A stretch of DNA of 64,000 nucleotides from Lytechinus pictus (Eukaryota), in the NCBI RefSeq assembly GCF_037042905.1, contig NC_087245.1:17920001-17984000 (forward strand), in the 5' to 3' direction. The stretch's first letter is position 1. Each line of letters begins with the position of its first letter. The notes under the pieces were generated by a model, which saw only the letters and a list, made by a program, of their open reading frames with translations, did not search any database and was not told where the DNA came from. The translations under genes were made by a program, and so were the position numbers. Of the stretch, positions 53,340 through 64,000 are shown one piece after another.

Positions 53340-56300
53340 CTGTAGGTTTAATAGAAGTAAAAAGAAAGAAAACGGAATAATGCAATCAGAAATGAAAGCG
53401 AAATGAGAATAAGCGAAGGAAGATCAAGAATACTAGTATCATGTTGGATTGCCGAAGTACTTTTCTATTATCTAGTTCGAACACATTGTGCATAAAACCA
53501 AAGTGTGGGTCCACTGCTTCATCATGTTCATAAACATCAACTTCGAATAATTATTATAGTGCGACCCCCCCCCCCCCCCCCCCGAATATTGGATCTTTCA
53601 TCAGTGGCATAACGAGTCTAAAACTTCAAGGGGGCAGACATGGCGTATCGAATAAAAAAAAAGGAAGAAGTTGAGAGCGAGCGAAGCGAGCGAGCAAAAT
53701 TTTGACCTGTATAATACAAAAAAAATGATTTTGTGATAGATTATGACATAATATTCAGAAAGAATATAATCTGTCACCCTTTTCTCCTTCATTTCCTTTG
53801 CTTTACTCCTTTTTTCTTGGTCGTGATTTTTATTATTTATTTATTTATTTTGGGGGGGCATATCCCCCGAGCTACCCATCTGTAAGCCACTGTCCGCCAT
53901 TGCTGCAAAGAAAGTATAGACGTGAAATACTAGGATGCCCGATCTCAACTCATTCGTAAATGACCGAAATGTAACAGAGACTATCAAAATAAACAAACCA
54001 TTTGAACATAATTTGATGTCGACATTCACAATAATATTAAGACATATAAAATTATATGCAGGTTGTAAAAATATTATGAAAATTCAAATATTCCTTCGTT
54101 TGTTTAAAGGACCTTTCTCACCAAAAGAGACTTATCTGCGACGTCTCAGAGACTACAGTCGTGGAGACGTCTCTAACATGAGTTTCTTCGGCCTGACGTC
54201 CACAGACAAGGTGACAAGCACAACTGCCCAATAGTCGATGTTGCTGAAATGTAGCTTGAGTAGTCACTCACGGCGACGTCTCGGAGACTTTTGTAAGTGG
54301 CATTAAGTGGCAGTGACGTCCCAGAGATGTTTCCGAGACGTCGCACCTAAATCACAGCGACTGTTTGGCAAATTGCTTGTCACGTTTTCTGGAGACGTCT
54401 CCGCGACTGCAGTCTCTGAGACGTCTCCTATGGTGAGATAGCGTCTTACAGTAGGTCAAACGAATCTTTCCGGTCTCCTGTGCAGATCTCTGAGAAGTAT
54501 CGGAAACTTCGCAGAGACATTCAATTCAATTCTTTATTTCATTTCCATTCAAACATAATGCAAAATAATATAAATTGGATACAATTTTACAGATGAACAT
54601 TCTTATCTCGTAAAAAAAAAACGGTATAAAATTGAGCATAAATGGAAATGAGGAGGGTCCACTAAAAGCAATGCTCGCGAAGATGTCTCAGCAGTCGGAG
54701 ATATAATAGTCTCCGCGGCGCCTTTGCAACTGATGGAGACGTCTCGGGGGCATCGCCAAGACTGGAAAAAGTCTCAATAGAATCGAGCATGTCCAATTTT
54801 CTTGCGACTCCTCGGAGCTTTATAGAAGCTTCGGAGATGGCACCGAGACCAGTGCGATACCCCCTTAAGTACGCATTTTTTTCATAATGTCCAGTTTTAT
54901 CCCGATAGTTGCAGACTAATATCAACATGTTACAGTGGAAAACACTCCGTCCCTCGGATATGACGTTAAATGGAGGCTCCGTGAAGAGGAGAACCATCAC
55001 CTTTGCACGTTAAGAACCCACTGCACTTATTCGAATAAGAGTAAGAGGAAACATAGGTTTAGTGGTCCACCTGCGCTCCCCCAATCAGTTATATCGGGAG
55101 GAGAGACCTGTGGGTCACATTGATTCGGTTCGCTTTTCGCCTCCCAGTCACAAGTGACGCCAAACAAATTAATAATAATAACTGATTTACTCAAATGAGT
55201 AAAAAGAATCAATCATATTTCTAATTGCGAAAGAAACTGGTGCATCTATCAATTTCATATTACGCAGTGATGTTTATACTTTCGCGACTTTGCATTTTCT
55301 TTTCCTTCCTTTATCTTTTTCTAATGGCTTTAAAAAAAAGGCAAAATCGATCTCTTCGTTGATCCCAATGACTATTACTTGAGATACAACGCTCTCGTAT
55401 TTGGGTGCGTTCATGTGAGAATTTGGGCAAGCCTTACACTTGGTGTAAACTGGTATGGAGTCGGTTATTAGGGAACCGACAATCAACGACGGTAGCATTT
55501 ACGACGGTATCTCGGAGGACAATGGAAAACCAATTCAATCGGGCTGGCCACATAAAGGTGGAGGAAATGATCTTACTTTTTGAAGTCGGTACTTTTGGTG
55601 TCCTTGAGGAAAGATGTCCAATCATCAGATGATGACGTTAAAGAGTATTCTGTTAAGAGAAAAATGTAGTTAACAATGTACATAATGGTCACTTTTGGGT
55701 GTCCAAGGTTTACAGAGTTTAGAGATGGAAAGTATTGGGCTATTCAATAAAAGATATCTTACATTTTGGACCAATAGATATAAATGTAAAGATACAAAAT
55801 AAACGAGTTATTCTAAACTATTGCATTGTTGTAAAAAGAAGATTTCGACTATAGGTCAGAGGATTTCGCAGCTCAAACTTCTGATCCACGTATACAACTA
55901 TTCTGTCCAATACCATTTCTCTGGGATGTAGAATAAGATTTTCACGATGAGAAAAATGCATCAATATGCGTCCTCTTTGAAGAGAACAGAGGGAGTCGTC
56001 TGTTAAGTATCGAGTGGTGATTATGGAATACAGGCACAGAGAGGAGAATAAAACTAATACAGATTCATTATCGAGCCTAAGTTACATGCGACCGTAAAGC
56101 ACTGAAATTTAATGCAAAACTCTATACCTTCCGAGCAGTGTCTTTTGCGATGACTGCCAATGCTAGAAGACGAGGTAATTTCATGTGACGTTGACATGCG
56201 TTCATACTCGTGGGAGCCCACTGATCCCGACACCCTTAACTTGGACCACTCCTGCCCAGTTAATTTCCCAGTGGGGCGTTCCGTGTTTACCGGAACGTTG

Positions 56301-59300
56301 AAAGTGTTCTCCGGTACATAAGATTGTGAGCTATTCATGGAGTCTGTGAATGTTCCTAAGTGCAGCTTCTGAGCTTGGCGATATGTATCGTTGAGGTAGC
56401 GTTGCATGATGCTATGTTTGTACTTGTGAGTTGGTAACGATTGTCTTTGTTGGATGCCGTGAGATGCACTCTGAGGAATCGGTGCATGTGGTACAAGTTC
56501 TGGATGACTGACCTCATCGACATCTTGGTGGATGTCTTGGTGATCGGTAGAAGACGCCGAGACATCATGGGCATAGTTCACAGTACTACTATTATCTGAA
56601 AAAATATAATGAAAATGATGATGCTTTTTAGGTAATACACGAAAAGGCAACAAAAAGAGACCTTAGGACAAAATAAGCCATTAAGACTATAAGGAACTAT
56701 AATCAACTTCAATCGTTTGAAATATTTTTTTGTGTGGGGGGGGGGCGTCGTGGTCTAATGGTTATGACTCTCTAATGCTTCAGTCCTTCAGCGCATTATG
56801 GCAGCACAGCTAAAGCCGAGGTAATAATAGCAGCGCTTTGTATCCTCAGGCAAAAAGCGCTTAATAAATCACGCTATTATCATCATCATCATCATTATGA
56901 TTAAATTCTGAATAACAGCCAGAACACTCGATGTACTCTAGGTGATATCAAAACCCTCAAGGTTCCACATGTAATTGCTTAAATGAATTGGTGTCCTATT
57001 CTCAGTGGTGCACAGTGCGCACTTCCTTACCCGACTCCTCCATTCCGTTTAATTTTTCATCGTCAATGTCCTCTACCTCTGATGAATCCATGGAGCTGTC
57101 TGGTGAGCTGATGCTGAGCCTCTCAGCGTTGCCTGTCACGTGTTTGTTGTACTTATGAATTCGCTGCTCCCATGACATCTCCGGATCATGAACAGTGTTC
57201 TTGAGGCGTCTGCGGGCGTTAGCGAACCAATTAGACACCTACAAAACAAGACAAAAAGAGTAAAAGACTGATGACTCGGTCGAGTTACTCAGCAGAAGCC
57301 AAGCATCCAATATCCCAATGAAAACACATGCAACTAATAATTAGACGGTAGATAAAGTTCTCAAAGTAATCTGATTAAAAATTATTAAGAGTGTGTTGTA
57401 ACGTACCTGTATCATTGTCATTGTAGATTCCATTGACAGAAGGAGTTTCTCTTTTCGGTCCGGGTAAGGATAGTCTTTGTTATCATATAACCATTGTTTC
57501 AAAGGTCTGGTCATGCTCTTCATTTGTGGCCGCTTGCGGCGCACTTTGTCTGCCATTGGTGCAATGTATCTGCTCCTGAGAGAGAGAGAGAGACAGAGAG
57601 AAGAGGTAACATGTTTACTTTTCTCGGAGCTTGGCTTGGGTTAAAAGGGGGATGTCCAATGTCCTCCCAGAATCCCAGGTAGTCAAATGCACAAATTATG
57701 GGGTCCTTAATTAAAGGGATGGTCCGGGCTGAAAGTATCTATAGCTTAATAAATAGAGTAGAATTCACTGAGCAAAATGCCGAAAATTTCATCAAATCGG
57801 ATAACAAATAACAAAGTTATTGAAATTTAAAGTTTAGCAATAGTTTGTGAAAATAGTCGTCATGAATATTCATTAGGTTGGCTGATGATGTCACATCCCC
57901 ACTTGTTCTTTTGTATTTTATTATATGAAATTAGGTTTATTCAATTTTTTTCCTCCAAGAACTAGAAAAATTGGATTGACAAGTGATTTAGTACATTAAA
58001 TATTTATTGCTGCAACTTATTTCATTATAAGGGAGACATATTGTTCACACAAGTATGAAATAATGAAAAAATATGATTTTATGTAATAACATAAGAAAAA
58101 GGAAAGTGGGGATGTGACATCATCAGCCCACCTAATGAATATTCATGACGACTGTTTTCGCAAAATATTGCTTAACTTTAAACTTCAATAACTTTATTAT
58201 TTGTTATCCGATTTTGATGAAATTTTCGGCATTTTGCTCGGTGAATTCTACCCTATGTATCAAGATATAAATATTTTCAGCCCGGACTATCCCTTTAATA
58301 AACCAGCCAGGATTAGACTAGACTCCCCTTGATTTCCGACAAACTAGTGAACATGTAATTTTTTACTTTTTTTAAATTCAATGGCTCTTTTCGGGGAAAA
58401 AAAGAAGATATTCTCAAGGCAATCTGTGACCCACGTTCCGTTTAGTAACATGTTTGTGGAATGAATGATATAGGCCATCTCAATTTCGGTAAAGGCATTT
58501 CCTATAAATATACTACACGACCATTACATTGCATTTCAGGCAATAAACCAGGAATCATAAACAATTCCGCAAGCTGATGCTCCCGGGGGGGGGGGGCACT
58601 TCCATTGACGAGTGGATACCATGCGCGACCATGGGGTCTCGAAAAGCACACTAAACACGTATTTTCTATATTCTGAAAATGCACCCCTTAACAAGCATTG
58701 GCGCGTGAAACCCTACCCTTAACAAGTACTTGTGAATTGAACCCCTGAACAAGTACAGCGTTATTTCAATTGTTATGCCACGGACGTATATGTCGGTCGT
58801 CGGTTTTTACCTTTACCTACATCATTGGGTTTAGTACAGCCCCACCTCCCACACCTGGTGCAAATCGTACTCTAAACACGTTGACTCTTGGGGCAAAGAG
58901 TACATCCTTTATAAAACATTTTAGTTTTAATTTTCTATACCCTCGCAAATTTGACCCTAAACACGTAGCTTTCCTAGCAAAATAGATACCCTTTTTTCAT
59001 TATTTTAATGTTTTTGACACCCTTTAAACGTTACGTACGTAACGTGCCCTATCTTGAAAAAGACATCCTTTTTATGTGTTTTTTTTTGTCGCGCATGGTA
59101 TCCACTCGTCAATGGAAGTGCCCCCCTCCCCCCCGCTAATGCTATTTAATGTTGATGTATATAGCATTAATGAAGTATTGTGTGTAGTGAATGAGTTTCA
59201 ACGTCACAGCCTTGATAAATGTCACACCACATCACCAGTGGATTGAATAGCGCCATCTTAGCCTAGGTTCGGTAGCTAGGGAGTTGGCACTTTAGATATA

Positions 59301-62300
59301 ACCTAAAGGGGTTGTCTGAGAATTAAGATTAGTTTGAAAGTTGAATTAATGGTACCATGCATGTCACAGTGACAAAATAACGCATTAGATCATCCAGTAT
59401 TTCCACTTAAAGGACAAGCCCATCCCAACCCAACCATTAGTTGATTTGAATAAATAGAGAAAAATCCAACAAGTATAACACTGAAAATTTCATCAAAATC
59501 GGATGTAAAATAAGAAAGTTATGACAAAACATTGATATGCACAACTCAGTGACATGCAAATGAGACAGTCGATGATGTCCCTCACTCACCCACCATTTCT
59601 TTTGTTTTTAATTGTTTGAATTATACAATATTTCTTTTTTTTACAGATTCGACAATAAGGACCAACTTGATTGAACCATATAGTTAAACAATGCTAATTG
59701 CACACGTTCAGGGAGGAATTAATCTTGTTTCACACAACAGGGAGAAAATTTGTATATTTCATAATAAAAGAAATAGTGAGTGATATCATCAGTCTCCTCG
59801 TTTGCATACCGACAATGATGTGAATATAACTGTTTTGTGAAATTAAGCGAAACTTTAAAATGTCATAACATTCTTATTTTACATCCGATTTTGATGAAAT
59901 TTTCAGTGTTATGCTTGTCCAATTTTTCTCTTTTTATTCGAATCAACTTTTTGTTGGGGTGGACTTGTCCCCATGAACACGTACAGAAAATTCATGGAAT
60001 TTCACACAATATCTTTCAAATTCATGTTAATGTGTCCGTAATTGTATACTATTTCTTTCTTTCATGGCTTGTTAGGGCGGTAAATTAGGTCGCTAATCGA
60101 TATATAAACCCAACCCAGCAAAAAGTTGATTTGTATGAGAATACTGATGACATCACCAACTCACCATTCCTTTTATATGATAAATATAACAGTATTATTC
60201 CCCCTTGAATAATTGTAACCTATTGTGATTCAGTCAAACATGTCCTTGCTGTACAATCTACAAATGAATTAAATATTCTACTTGTTTATAGTGAGCATGT
60301 GAAAACATTGTATTTCCTGTGATGTACATATTTTGCTTTGTAAAAAATAAGCAACAAAACTTTACATGGTATAGTGTTTGTATTTTCATTCATGTCTTCT
60401 AAAGTACATGAGGCAGGGGTGTGAACAGAAAAGTGTTACTTCATGTGGTTGGTGTTTGTCTTGTTTTGAACATTGATGACCAGATCATAACATCTTTTGA
60501 TAACACAGGATGTTTTTTTAAGTCAAAATAGAGAAGATGGAAATGTTCAGGACAAATATTCTTCATGTTGGCCTAATCACTCCTACTGCTGATAATTTTC
60601 TGAATAATGTGAAAATATGGAATTAAACAAGGTTACTTTTTAGGACTGACATCATTCTAATTTGAAGTTTCTTAAATAGCTCTATGCTTTATCTATATAT
60701 CTTTTTGCCGGATTGGTCTACACCTGTTATGTTTACTCGTGGTCTCATCCTTGTTTGTATACAACCAGTTCGTTTACTCGTCGTTTGATATAATTGCAAT
60801 TTTATCTATTTACCATTATTTTTTGTTTGATTTGATATATTATCTGAAGTCAGCATGCAGGAACAGACCCTGATTGAAACTTTGATCAACAAGTGGGTCT
60901 CCATGCAGAGACTAGCACAAGCGTACAAAACTTGCTGTTTCAATTCAGGCCTTCAGTATACACACGGCATTAATAGGCTGTACATTCAGACCCTTAACTC
61001 GAGTGAAGGGTTTGCACAACAGACTATAATTTTTGGTCTTACATCACTTAGCCGACATAGTTAGATGAACAGACTGTTCATGAACCATGTGATAAGTAGA
61101 CATTAGGCCTACACTAAATGGGAATTTATGGAGTCCAAATTGGTAATAGATCAAATTGGTTCAGCGGCTTCAGCCCATGTGCTTCTTAGAAGACTATCTG
61201 AGTAACCATAAACAGGTGTCTTCTTTGGATAAATGGTGCAATTTGGGGGGGGGGAGTTCAAGTGAGCGAAACGATTCTTTAAAAAAATAGTTAAGTTTGT
61301 TCTGAATTCGGTGTATAAAAATGTCAAAATTTAAGGCAGATATCAAATCAATTCGATGCTGGAAATTACAATGTTGAAAATAAAATATAAGGATTTAACT
61401 AAAATACTAATTGTATAATAATATCAGGGAGCAGCAGCCCCTCCGCATCAGTACGCCAGTGGGCGGGATGGGGTGGTCTCGCGATACAATTTTGACGACT
61501 TGTATATATATGAAGAGGAACTAGCATTCATTTTCACCCGATTCCAGGCCAAGAAAGAAAATTTCAATTCATTACACAATTCCATAACAAATTAATTACG
61601 ATCGTAATTAAAAATGGCAAAATTGAAAACTTATGTCCGAAAAAATATACAATTACCAAGAGCATTTTTTTTTTGGGGGGGGGGGGGCAAAATGGGGGAG
61701 ATATTGCCCGATTACGCGGTCCTAGCTGTCATTCAAAGCTTCATAACTATGTCTCAGACAAGACTATTTTTAAATGTGAATTCTATAACTTATAAGGGTT
61801 TGAATTGTATATCATTTTACATATTACATTTTCATTATTGAAGGTGAAGTCCACTATAATAGGTTGCGTTGAATCAATAGAGTAAAATCAAACAAGCATA
61901 ACGCTGAAAATTTCATCAAACTCGATGTAATATACGATTATGACATTTTAAAGTTTTGCTTATTTCAGTTATTAAATACGCATATGCTCAATTCAGTGAT
62001 ATATGCAAATGAGAGTTGATGATATCACTCACTGTTTCTTTTGCTTTTAATTTTATTATCTTTCCATTTTTATAGATATGACAAAGGCGAATTTTAATGA
62101 TAAAGAACCATGTTCCTTTTGCTTTTGATTGTATTATCTCTCCATTTTTACAGATTTGACAAAGGCATGCATGCACTCTTGACTGAACCACAAAATGTTA
62201 AAACAATGGTAATACTCAAATTCTTCATGTTCAAGTAGGATTAAAACCTTAGTTTTACCATGGAGCTATTGTTAATAGCTCTATGGGGGTTTTACTTTAC

Positions 62301-63058
62301 AACGAGGAGTAAATTGAATCATCTCATATGAAATACAGAAGAAATAGTGAATGAGTGGGTGATGTCATCGGTCCGCTCATTTGCATACGTACCAGGATGT
62401 GCATAAACATAAAAACTAGTTATTTGGTTACTTTGACCAATCTAGCATTCATCCTAATATGCCACCATCAAATGCCCACTTTCAAATCTATAAGGTATAA
62501 TGAAAAAATGCAATGATGAGACTTATGATTTTATATAAGTTCGATTTTTCCGATTGATATCTATACTTTGTAACCAACTTATTGTCAAACATGGATCGAC
62601 CCGAGGCCAAGTCATGCATGGTCATTCGCACGGTCCATTTTGATCATCGCAAACATAACTTGCTCTTGCACTCATATACTCAGTATGCACTTTATACTGA
62701 CAATTATTTAAAATACAGATAACTACTTCAAGTTCATGGAATGATCGATAAGTAGAGTTAGGGAGATTTAGAGGCATGTAATGGGGATCGAGGCATCAAC
62801 TAAATTTGTATTACTTGCCGGGGGGTATTATTATCGATGATTTGTAATTATGAACAGTATCTTTCACACAGCAAGCAAGCAGAAAGGGCATATTACAATT
62901 TTACCTAAGTTTGGCGGAATAAGTCTATACACAAGTAGAGCCTTTACTTACCCAAGTCGATTCCTTGCTCTCAAATTGTGTGTTTGACGACCAGACATGT
63001 CGATTCTTGATGCATTATGACGAGGGTCATCATCATGATTATCCTTACCCGTCTCCAT
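53252..63058 (-). CDS. mkx: Homeobox protein Mohawk (TALE class); complement(join(53252..53339,55577..55649,56128..56595,57031..57238,57407..57575,62952..63058)), 370 aa
   Basis: Homeodomain KVRRKRPQMKSMTRPLKQWLYDNKDYPYPDRKEKLLLSMESTMTMIQVSNWFANARRRLKNTV followed by SWEQRIHKYNKHVTGNAERLSISS. Also motifs KYKHSIMQRYLNDT, SGSVGSHEYE and YWQEIVAAVALTNMA, matching the Mohawk conserved motifs as I recall them from vertebrate MKX. All five introns are GT-AG with consistent phases (2,0,1,1,2). Confidence 0.93.
53602..53892. mobile_element. Old hAT-like MITE in mkx intron 5
   Basis: CAGTGGCATA / TAAGCCACTG ends; decayed flanks TCTTTCAT / TCCGCCAT; contains GCGAGCGAAGCGAGCGAGC. Confidence 0.55.
54104..54869. 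mobile_element. Repeat rich in GAGACGTCTC palindromes, interrupted by a short AT-rich insert (about 54520-54675)
   Basis: Many GAGAC/GTCTC motifs; ends TTAAAGGACCTTTCTCAC and GTGCGATACCCCCTTAA are weakly inverted. Confidence 0.55.
54935..55182 (+). mobile_element. 5'-truncated Deu/Nin-domain SINE in mkx intron 5
   Basis: CCGTCCCTCGGATATGACGTTAAATGGAGG...CACGTTAAGAACCCACTGCACTTATTCGAATAAGAGTA resembles the DeuSINE/AmnSINE1 central domain as recalled; (AAT)n tail. Confidence 0.6.
55577..55649 (-). CDS. mkx: mkx coding exon 5
   Basis: Acceptor TCTCTTAACAG; EYSLTSSSDDWTSFLKDTKSTDFK; donor AA|GTAAGA; bridges phase 1 to phase 2 exactly. Confidence 0.75.
56128..56595 (-). CDS. mkx: mkx coding exon 4
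   Basis: Acceptor ATTTTTTCAG; contains HKYKHSIMQRYLNDT and SGSVGSHEYE; donor G|GTATAG. Confidence 0.88.
56743..56900 (+). mobile_element. Internally deleted copy of the same SINE in mkx intron 3
   Basis: Head GGCGTCGTGGTCTAATGGTTATGACTCTC and 3' part AGCTAAAGCCGAGGTAATAATAGCAGCGCTTTGTATCCTCAGGCAAAAAGCGCT match 33391-33680. Confidence 0.8.
57031..57238 (-). CDS. mkx: mkx coding exon 3 (homeodomain helix 3 + conserved extension)
   Basis: Acceptor TTGTTTTGTAG; VSNWFANARRRLKNTV...GNAERLS; donor G|GTAAGG. Confidence 0.95.
57407..57575 (-). CDS. mkx: mkx coding exon 2 (homeodomain helices 1-2)
   Basis: Acceptor (CT)nCAG; SRYIAPMADKVRRKR...PYP...MIQ; donor CAG|GTACGT. Confidence 0.93.
57711..58298. 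mobile_element. TTAA-type MITE family A, full length, in mkx intron 1
   Basis: TTAAAGGGATGGTCCGGGCTGAAA ... TTTCAGCCCGGACTATCCCTTTAA. Confidence 0.9.
58582..59134. mobile_element. MITE with ~45-bp TIRs and probable 9-bp TSD (MULE-like)
   Basis: GGGGCACTTCCATTGACGAGTGGATACCATGCGCGAC / GTCGCGCATGGTATCCACTCGTCAATGGAAGTGCCCC; flanks GCTGATGCT / GCTAATGCT. Confidence 0.85.
59407..59970. mobile_element. Related TTAA-type MITE family B
   Basis: TTAAAGGACAAGCCCATCCCAAC ... GTTGGGGTGGACTTGTCC; shares CTGAAAATTTCATCAAAATCGGAT with family A. Confidence 0.8.
61840..62404. mobile_element. Decayed MITE family B copy
   Basis: AAGGTGAAGTCCAC start, CTGAAAATTTCATCAAA, ATGCAAATGAG and CTCATTTGCATAC segments colinear with 59407-59970. 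Confidence 0.6.
62952..63058 (-). CDS. mkx: mkx coding exon 1
   Basis: GCCATGG start context; METGKDNHDDDPRHNASRIDMSGRQTHNLRARNRL; donor GG|GTAAGT gives the phase 2 required by exon 2. Confidence 0.75.
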
Positions 63059-63817
63059 GGCAAAATCACAAAAGATACTTACAAAATATCAACCAACATC
63101 AAAAGATTCCAAGTTAATCGAGCAATAAATGAGCGAACGACGCACTCGAGAAAACAACCAAAAGCTACTAATAATACTCGGACAAAGGAATAGATGTGGT
63201 GTTTCATAAAAGTTTACGTTGAAAAATAATTCTTGGAACCAGATTACTATAGTTGGTAAACTCCGTGTCACCTTCACTGTGTAGGGGCATTGACTTCGAT
63301 GCGAACACACAGATTACTATTGTGTGATGAATGACTCATGTTTCCCTCACACACAATAAAATCTATTGACACTTGCATCAGCTGGCTCTCCCACCAACCT
63401 AGCTTCAGACGAATCGGGGCAAATTGAGGTCATAACTCGCTATTTTCTTCAAAATCTACTTTCCTACAAAAGAGATGCAAGTTTATGTATACGACCTTTC
63501 GCTACAAGTTTGTGTTTGCTATCGTTCATGTGCCGATATGAGCAAGATGCAGACAAAAATCGCGAAAACATGAAATCGTGTTATCTGGCTCTGGAAAGGA
63601 TCACAAGTATTTTGGTTTTGCGGTGAGCAGACGGTCACATTCCGATACGCTTGTTCATAAGTGCCGCGGCGCTACCGTAAAAAAACTTGATACACTAAAC
63701 ACCCGAACCTCTCACACTTATCAATTTTCTCTCTATCGGGCCTCACCTCCTCCCTCGGCAGTATTTTACTATCCACGTCTGACAAAAGGGGTCTAATGCG
63801 TTCCCAACGTACTCCAA

Positions 63818-64000
63818 GTTGAAAATATTTGTATCTAAATAAATAGAGTAAAATTCACAGAGCAAAATGCTGAAAATTTCATCGAAATCACATAACAAAA
63901 TAATAACGAACTTATTGAATTTTAAAGTCTAGCAATATTTTGTGAAAATAGCATATGCACGTCATAATTATTCATTAGGTGGGCTGATGATGTCACATCC
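63818..64000. mobile_element. TTAA-type MITE family A, partial (runs off window end)
   Basis: AAATAGAGTAAAATTCACAGAGCAAAATGCTGAAAATTTCATC...GGTGGGCTGATGATGTCACATCC matches the left arm of the other copies. Confidence 0.8.

Noticed and set aside
56054..56653. 199-aa ORF as a stand-alone gene
   Set aside because: It is mkx exon 4 plus flanking intron read-through.

Overview
AT-rich, intron-containing animal genomic DNA. The repeat content (tRNA-derived SINEs, a Deu/Nin-domain SINE, TTAA- and 8-bp-TSD MITEs) suggests an echinoderm, probably a sea urchin; this is an inference. Three complete protein-coding genes were assembled by hand from GT-AG splice sites with consistent reading phase. Two are tandem, same-strand carbohydrate sulfotransferases of the CHST8-14 / Sulfotransfer_2 family (15481-17679, 380 aa; 43315-45843, 390 aa) with an identical 3-exon layout. 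The third is a 6-exon Mohawk (mkx) TALE homeobox gene on the minus strand (53252-63058, 370 aa). The rest is intergenic or intronic DNA dense in non-autonomous DNA transposons (often nested, several with clear TSDs), SINEs, a tRNA-Glu pseudogene, microsatellites and decayed retroelement fragments. I found no convincing new biological system. The best leads are a minimal hammerhead-ribozyme core beside a decayed Penelope-like fragment, a GCGAAGC mini-hairpin cargo module shared between different transposon shells, a Deu-domain SINE in a Mohawk intron, uORF clusters at both sulfotransferase starts, and the CHST-mkx linkage.
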